64,000 bases of DNA, taken from contig JALSUP010000064.1 in assembly GCA_027071315.1 (NCBI GenBank), forward strand, positions 8,345 to 72,344, read 5' to 3'. Under the pieces are notes generated by a model. It was given only the letters and a program-made list of their open reading frames with translations, had not been told where the DNA came from and searched no databases. The first letter of the stretch is position 1. Each line of letters begins with the position of its first letter. Shown here one piece after another: positions 60,289 to 64,000 of the stretch. Source of the DNA: Sulfurovum sp. (GTDB lineage Bacteria; Campylobacterota; Campylobacteria; Campylobacterales; Sulfurovaceae). The position numbers and the translations under genes were made by a program.

Positions 60289-61566
60289 ATGTCTGAAATT
60301 ACAAAAGAAAAAGCACTTGAATACCATAAACACGGAAAAATAGGTATAGATATCACAAAACCCTGTGAAACACAGCATGAACTCTCTCTGGCCTATACTC
60401 CGGGTGTTGCTATCCCCTGTCTTGAAATTGCCGAAAATGAAGATCTCTCCTTTGAATATACCAACCGGGCCAATCTTGTTGCCGTCATTTCAGATGGTAC
60501 AGCGGTACTTGGACTGGGAGACATAGGTCCTTTAGCCTCGAAACCTGTGATGGAAGGAAAGGCGGTTCTTTTTAAGAAATTTGCCAATGTAGACGCTTTC
60601 GATATTGAACTGGATGTCCACTCTATTGAAGAGATAGTGGCAACATGTAAAGCGATTGCTCCTACCTTTGGAGGTATTAACCTTGAAGATATCAAAGCAC
60701 CGAAATGTTTTGAGATAGAGCGAATTCTGAAGGAAGAACTTGATATTCCTGTTTTTCATGACGATCAGCACGGTACGGCGATCATTACCACGGCAGGTTT
60801 GATGAACACGCTTGATATCACAGGTAAGAAAGTAGATGAGATCAAGGTGATCGTCAATGGTGCAGGTGCAGCAGGACTCTCCTGTGCCAAAATGTATAAA
60901 GCGCTGGGTGTCAAACATATTATCATGTGTGACTCGAAAGGGGTGATATCTACTTCCAGAGATGACTTGAACAAATACAAAGTGGAATTCGCTGTTGAGA
61001 CTGACGCGAAAACCCTTGATGATGTTATTGAAGGGGCAGATATGTTCCTCGGACTCAGTAAGGCGGGAGCACTGACCAAAGAGATGGTAGCCAAAATGGC
61101 ACCTGAACCGATCATTTTTGCATTAGCCAACCCTGTCCCCGAAATACTCCCTTCAGAAGTGAAAGAGGTAAGAGATGACGTTATTATGGGAACAGGCCGT
61201 TCAGACTTCCCGAACCAGACCAACAATGTACTGGGATTCCCTTTTATTTTCAGAGGGGCACTGGATGTCAAAGCCAGAAAGATCACGGAAGGTATGAAAA
61301 TGGCTGCGGCAGAAGCACTGGCGGCACTGGCTAAAGAGCCGGTTCCCTATTATGTCAAGGCAGCCTATCATAAAGACGATATCGTGTATGGTAAAGATCA
61401 TATTATTCCCCTGCCGTTCAACAAAGAAGTACTCATCTGGGTCTCCTCTGCTGTAGCAAAGGCAGCCTTTGATGAAGGTGTAGCACGTGTGGACAGTTAT
61501 GACCATGATGCCTACAAAGAGCATTTGCGCTGTCTTATTTATGGTTGTCCTGCTGATCACAAGTAG
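60289..61566 (+). CDS. NAD(P)-dependent malic enzyme (short form without PTA-like domain)
   Basis: LSLAYTPGVA, VISDGTAVLGLGDIG, FGGINLEDI, VFHDDQHGTAI, NGAGAAG. Confidence 0.9.
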   Translation: MSEITKEKALEYHKHGKIGIDITKPCETQHELSLAYTPGVAIPCLEIAENEDLSFEYTNRANLVAVISDGTAVLGLGDIGPLASKPVMEGKAVLFKKFANVDAFDIELDVHSIEEIVATCKAIAPTFGGINLEDIKAPKCFEIERILKEELDIPVFHDDQHGTAIITTAGLMNTLDITGKKVDEIKVIVNGAGAAGLSCAKMYKALGVKHIIMCDSKGVISTSRDDLNKYKVEFAVETDAKTLDDVIEGADMFLGLSKAGALTKEMVAKMAPEPIIFALANPVPEILPSEVKEVRDDVIMGTGRSDFPNQTNNVLGFPFIFRGALDVKARKITEGMKMAAAEALAALAKEPVPYYVKAAYHKDDIVYGKDHIIPLPFNKEVLIWVSSAVAKAAFDEGVARVDSYDHDAYKEHLRCLIYGCPADHK

Positions 61567-61571
61567 GGCCG

Positions 61572-62975
61572 TTGAACGTGATGAATTTAAAAGCTTATTT
61601 GGATCTCTATGAAGTATTGCAGCAAGACAGGAGTACAAGAGAAGAGAGACGAAATTTCGGGCTTACTTTTCCGGAGCTGAGTAAGCAGCCGCTTCAACAA
61701 CTTTTAAAATGGGCTTCTGAAAAACGCGTGACGCTGAAGAAGCCTCTTTTGAGTGAAACCCTCTCTTCCTATCTTTACGGTATCACTTTGACACTCTCTG
61801 TTTTTGCTTTTATACTGGGACTGTTGTCCGGTGTCGGGTTATTGAGTTATAACGGACATGAGCCTGTGAATGTCATCTATTTTATGGCTATGGTGATCTT
61901 TGTCCCGCTGTTTACCATGCTCCTGGCACTTTTTTCCATGCTGCGGGCAAACAGTGCGCAGAGCATTCTTGTGCATATCTCTCCGGCCTACTGGATGGAA
62001 CGCATGGTCTCCTTGCTGCCAAATAAATTGGAAACACAGTTAAAAGGCTCATTATCAGATTTGAAGGTCAGTCCTTTGGTACTGAACTGGCTGGTCATAA
62101 AACGTTCACAAATGATCGCACTTAGTTTTTCTTTAGGGCTTTTGCTGGCACTGTTGGGTGTGGTGGCCACAAGAGACATTGCGTTCGCCTGGAGTACCAC
62201 GCTCTCGGTCAGTCCGGAGAGTTTTCATTCGTTTTTAAATACCCTTGCATTTGCATGGAGAGACTTTTTCCCCTGGGCGGTACCCTCTGTGGAACTTGTT
62301 GAACAGAGTCAGTATTACAGGCTGGGTGAAAAGCTTGCAGATGAGATGATAAGCAATGCTTCTTTTTTAGGTGAATGGTGGAAATTCCTTCTCTTTGCGA
62401 CACTTTTTTATGCCCTGGTCCTGCGTCTGTTCGTCTATGCACTGAGTGTCTTTGGACTTAAAAGAGCCATAGCCCGTTCTTTTTTGACACTTGAAGGGGC
62501 ACAGGCACTTTTACACGATATGAATGAACCGCTTATCTCTACACGCGCCAGTACACATGAGAAAGGTTTTAACTCAGAAGAGGTGCTCTATCCCCGCACT
62601 ATAGATCGTTTTGACCGCTCATATGATGCTGTCCTGGGATGGGCCATTGACAGGCAAGCCTTAACGGTCATCAATGAAACGACAGAGGTGATCTCTCCTG
62701 CCCTCTATGAAACCGGGGGTGCAAATACACTGGAAGAGGACAGAAGTATTATGGAGCATTGTCATGGAGAGGTTCTGCTGTATGTGAAAGCCTGGGAACC
62801 TCCTACAATGGATTTTATGGATTTTCTTGAAATGCTGCTTCAGAAAACTGATAAGGTGCTCATAGCACCTATGGGTACGCAAAGCAGGCAGTACCAAAGC
62901 AAAGAGAAGGACTTGAATGTCTGGGCAAGAAAACTTTTTGGACTGAACAGTCCAAAAGTCTGGCTGAAGGTTTAA
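61572..62975 (+). CDS. multi-pass membrane protein, DUF2868-like
   Basis: 467 aa with several TM helices. Immediately followed (2 nt) by a DUF3482-type GTPase gene, the pairing I recall for DUF2868. Confidence 0.55.
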   Translation: MNVMNLKAYLDLYEVLQQDRSTREERRNFGLTFPELSKQPLQQLLKWASEKRVTLKKPLLSETLSSYLYGITLTLSVFAFILGLLSGVGLLSYNGHEPVNVIYFMAMVIFVPLFTMLLALFSMLRANSAQSILVHISPAYWMERMVSLLPNKLETQLKGSLSDLKVSPLVLNWLVIKRSQMIALSFSLGLLLALLGVVATRDIAFAWSTTLSVSPESFHSFLNTLAFAWRDFFPWAVPSVELVEQSQYYRLGEKLADEMISNASFLGEWWKFLLFATLFYALVLRLFVYALSVFGLKRAIARSFLTLEGAQALLHDMNEPLISTRASTHEKGFNSEEVLYPRTIDRFDRSYDAVLGWAIDRQALTVINETTEVISPALYETGGANTLEEDRSIMEHCHGEVLLYVKAWEPPTMDFMDFLEMLLQKTDKVLIAPMGTQSRQYQSKEKDLNVWARKLFGLNSPKVWLKV

Positions 62976-62977
62976 GC

Positions 62978-64000
62978 ATGGAAGAGATGACACATCCCAA
63001 ATTTGCCGTTGTCGGACACCCCAATAAAGGTAAAAGTGCCATTGTCTCCTCTCTGGCACTGGATGATTCGGTACAGATATCAGATACCCCCGGTACGACG
63101 ACTGTCAAACGCTCCTTTCCTCTCAAAGTAGACGGGAAGGTCATATATGAACTTTTCGATACCCCCGGTTTCCAGAGAGCAAGGCGTGCTCTGGAATGGC
63201 TGGAAGGGCATGATGTCTCTGCCGATAAAAAGTATGAGGTCGTGAATGCCTTTATTCATACCTTCAAAGAAGACCCCAAATTCAATGATGAGATCGAACT
63301 CCTTGAACCTATTATGGAGGGAGCAGGGATCATTTATGTGGTAGATGCTTCCAAACCCTATGGAGAAGAGTATGAAGCGGAGATGGAAATTTTGCGCTGG
63401 ACAGGGCAGCCTTCGATGGCACTTATTAACCACATTGATGAAGATGATTATACGGCAGAGTGGAAAAGGGCATTGGGACACTACTTTAAAATAGTGAGAA
63501 CCTATAATCCTATGGATGTAAGTCTGGAACAACATTTGTCAATTTTGGAAAGTATGGCACAGCTGAAAGAGGAGTGGACCGCGCCGGTGAAAGCCTCTAT
63601 GGACTTTTTTCAGCACTATTATGATGCCATGCTGCATCAGAGTAGTGAAGCGATCTCTCAGGCACTGCAAAGTGCCATTTCTCTGACTGAAACGTTATAT
63701 TTTGAATCAGACAATGCAACAGAAGCCCAGAAAAAACAGCTTGAAACACACTATAAAAACAGCTTACGTGCCATAGAGAGCGATACACAAAAAAGTATTG
63801 AAAGCATCTGGAAACACGAACATTTGGAAAAAAACCAAAACCCTTTGAGCTTTGACGATATGGATCTTTTTTCCGAAGCTTCGGCTTCTCTCTTTGGCTT
63901 GACGCGTAAAGAGCTTCTTATGACGGGTGTGAGCAGCGGTGCGGTGACGGGTGCAGGGATCGACCTTTTGTTTGCAGGGCATACATTCTTTCTCGGGGGT
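62978..64000 (+). CDS. GTPase (DUF3482-type), N-terminal 341 codons; 3' end lies outside the window
   Basis: My own translation is open to the window edge: MEEMTHPKFAVVGHPNKGKSAIVSS (G1), DTPGTTT, FDTPGF (G3), LINHID (G4-like). Confidence 0.7.
   Translation, partial: MEEMTHPKFAVVGHPNKGKSAIVSSLALDDSVQISDTPGTTTVKRSFPLKVDGKVIYELFDTPGFQRARRALEWLEGHDVSADKKYEVVNAFIHTFKEDPKFNDEIELLEPIMEGAGIIYVVDASKPYGEEYEAEMEILRWTGQPSMALINHIDEDDYTAEWKRALGHYFKIVRTYNPMDVSLEQHLSILESMAQLKEEWTAPVKASMDFFQHYYDAMLHQSSEAISQALQSAISLTETLYFESDNATEAQKKQLETHYKNSLRAIESDTQKSIESIWKHEHLEKNQNPLSFDDMDLFSEASASLFGLTRKELLMTGVSSGAVTGAGIDLLFAGHTFFLGG

Overview
This 64-kb chromosomal window comes from a Campylobacterota (epsilonproteobacterial) genome. 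That call rests on Helicobacter/Campylobacter-type synteny blocks (nudix-lysC-hobA-holB-folP; cvpA-fur-lysS-glyA-DUF1882-like). It is probably a sulfur- or hydrogen-oxidising chemolithoautotroph of the Sulfurovum/Sulfurimonas type, which is inference only. I count about 60 tightly packed CDSs and see no rRNA, tRNA, CRISPR array, IS element or integrase. Most genes are housekeeping: two RND efflux pumps, ruvX, two NlpC/P60 lipoproteins, queA, tatBC, hemW, lysC, folP, ligA, tlyA, ribF, cmoA, class II DAHP synthase, aroE, trpE, glyA, lysS, fur, pilT, gatC, dapE and malic enzyme. Respiratory and redox content includes an octahaem c-type cytochrome next to a two-component system. It also includes a Tat-exported molybdopterin oxidoreductase in FeS-membrane-catalytic (ttrBCA-like) order with an unusually large 1117-aa catalytic subunit and a four-gene accessory operon, plus a small FTR-like/rhodanese/thioredoxin-like cluster. 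The outstanding region is about 14.0-22.2 kb. It is an AT-rich, six-gene, translationally coupled island wedged between sanA and ligA. It encodes an MmeI-family DNA methyltransferase whose N-terminal nuclease motif looks dead, a single-pass membrane protein and an AlbA_2(Schlafen-type)/HATPase_c_4 protein. It also encodes an SF2 helicase, a 92-aa protein that looks like a free copy of the helicase C-terminus, and a T5orf172/GIY-YIG-type nuclease. I interpret this as a candidate multi-component restriction/defence system that does not match any named system I can recognise. Its compositional boundaries fall inside the flanking sanA and ligA ORFs. Other oddities are a roughly 90-aa insertion in TatC, a Cys4 tail on LysS, a repeat-built N-terminal extension on LigA, twin palindromic hairpins, and a DUF2868/GTPase pair. 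All calls come from reading the translations and DNA by eye; no searches were run.
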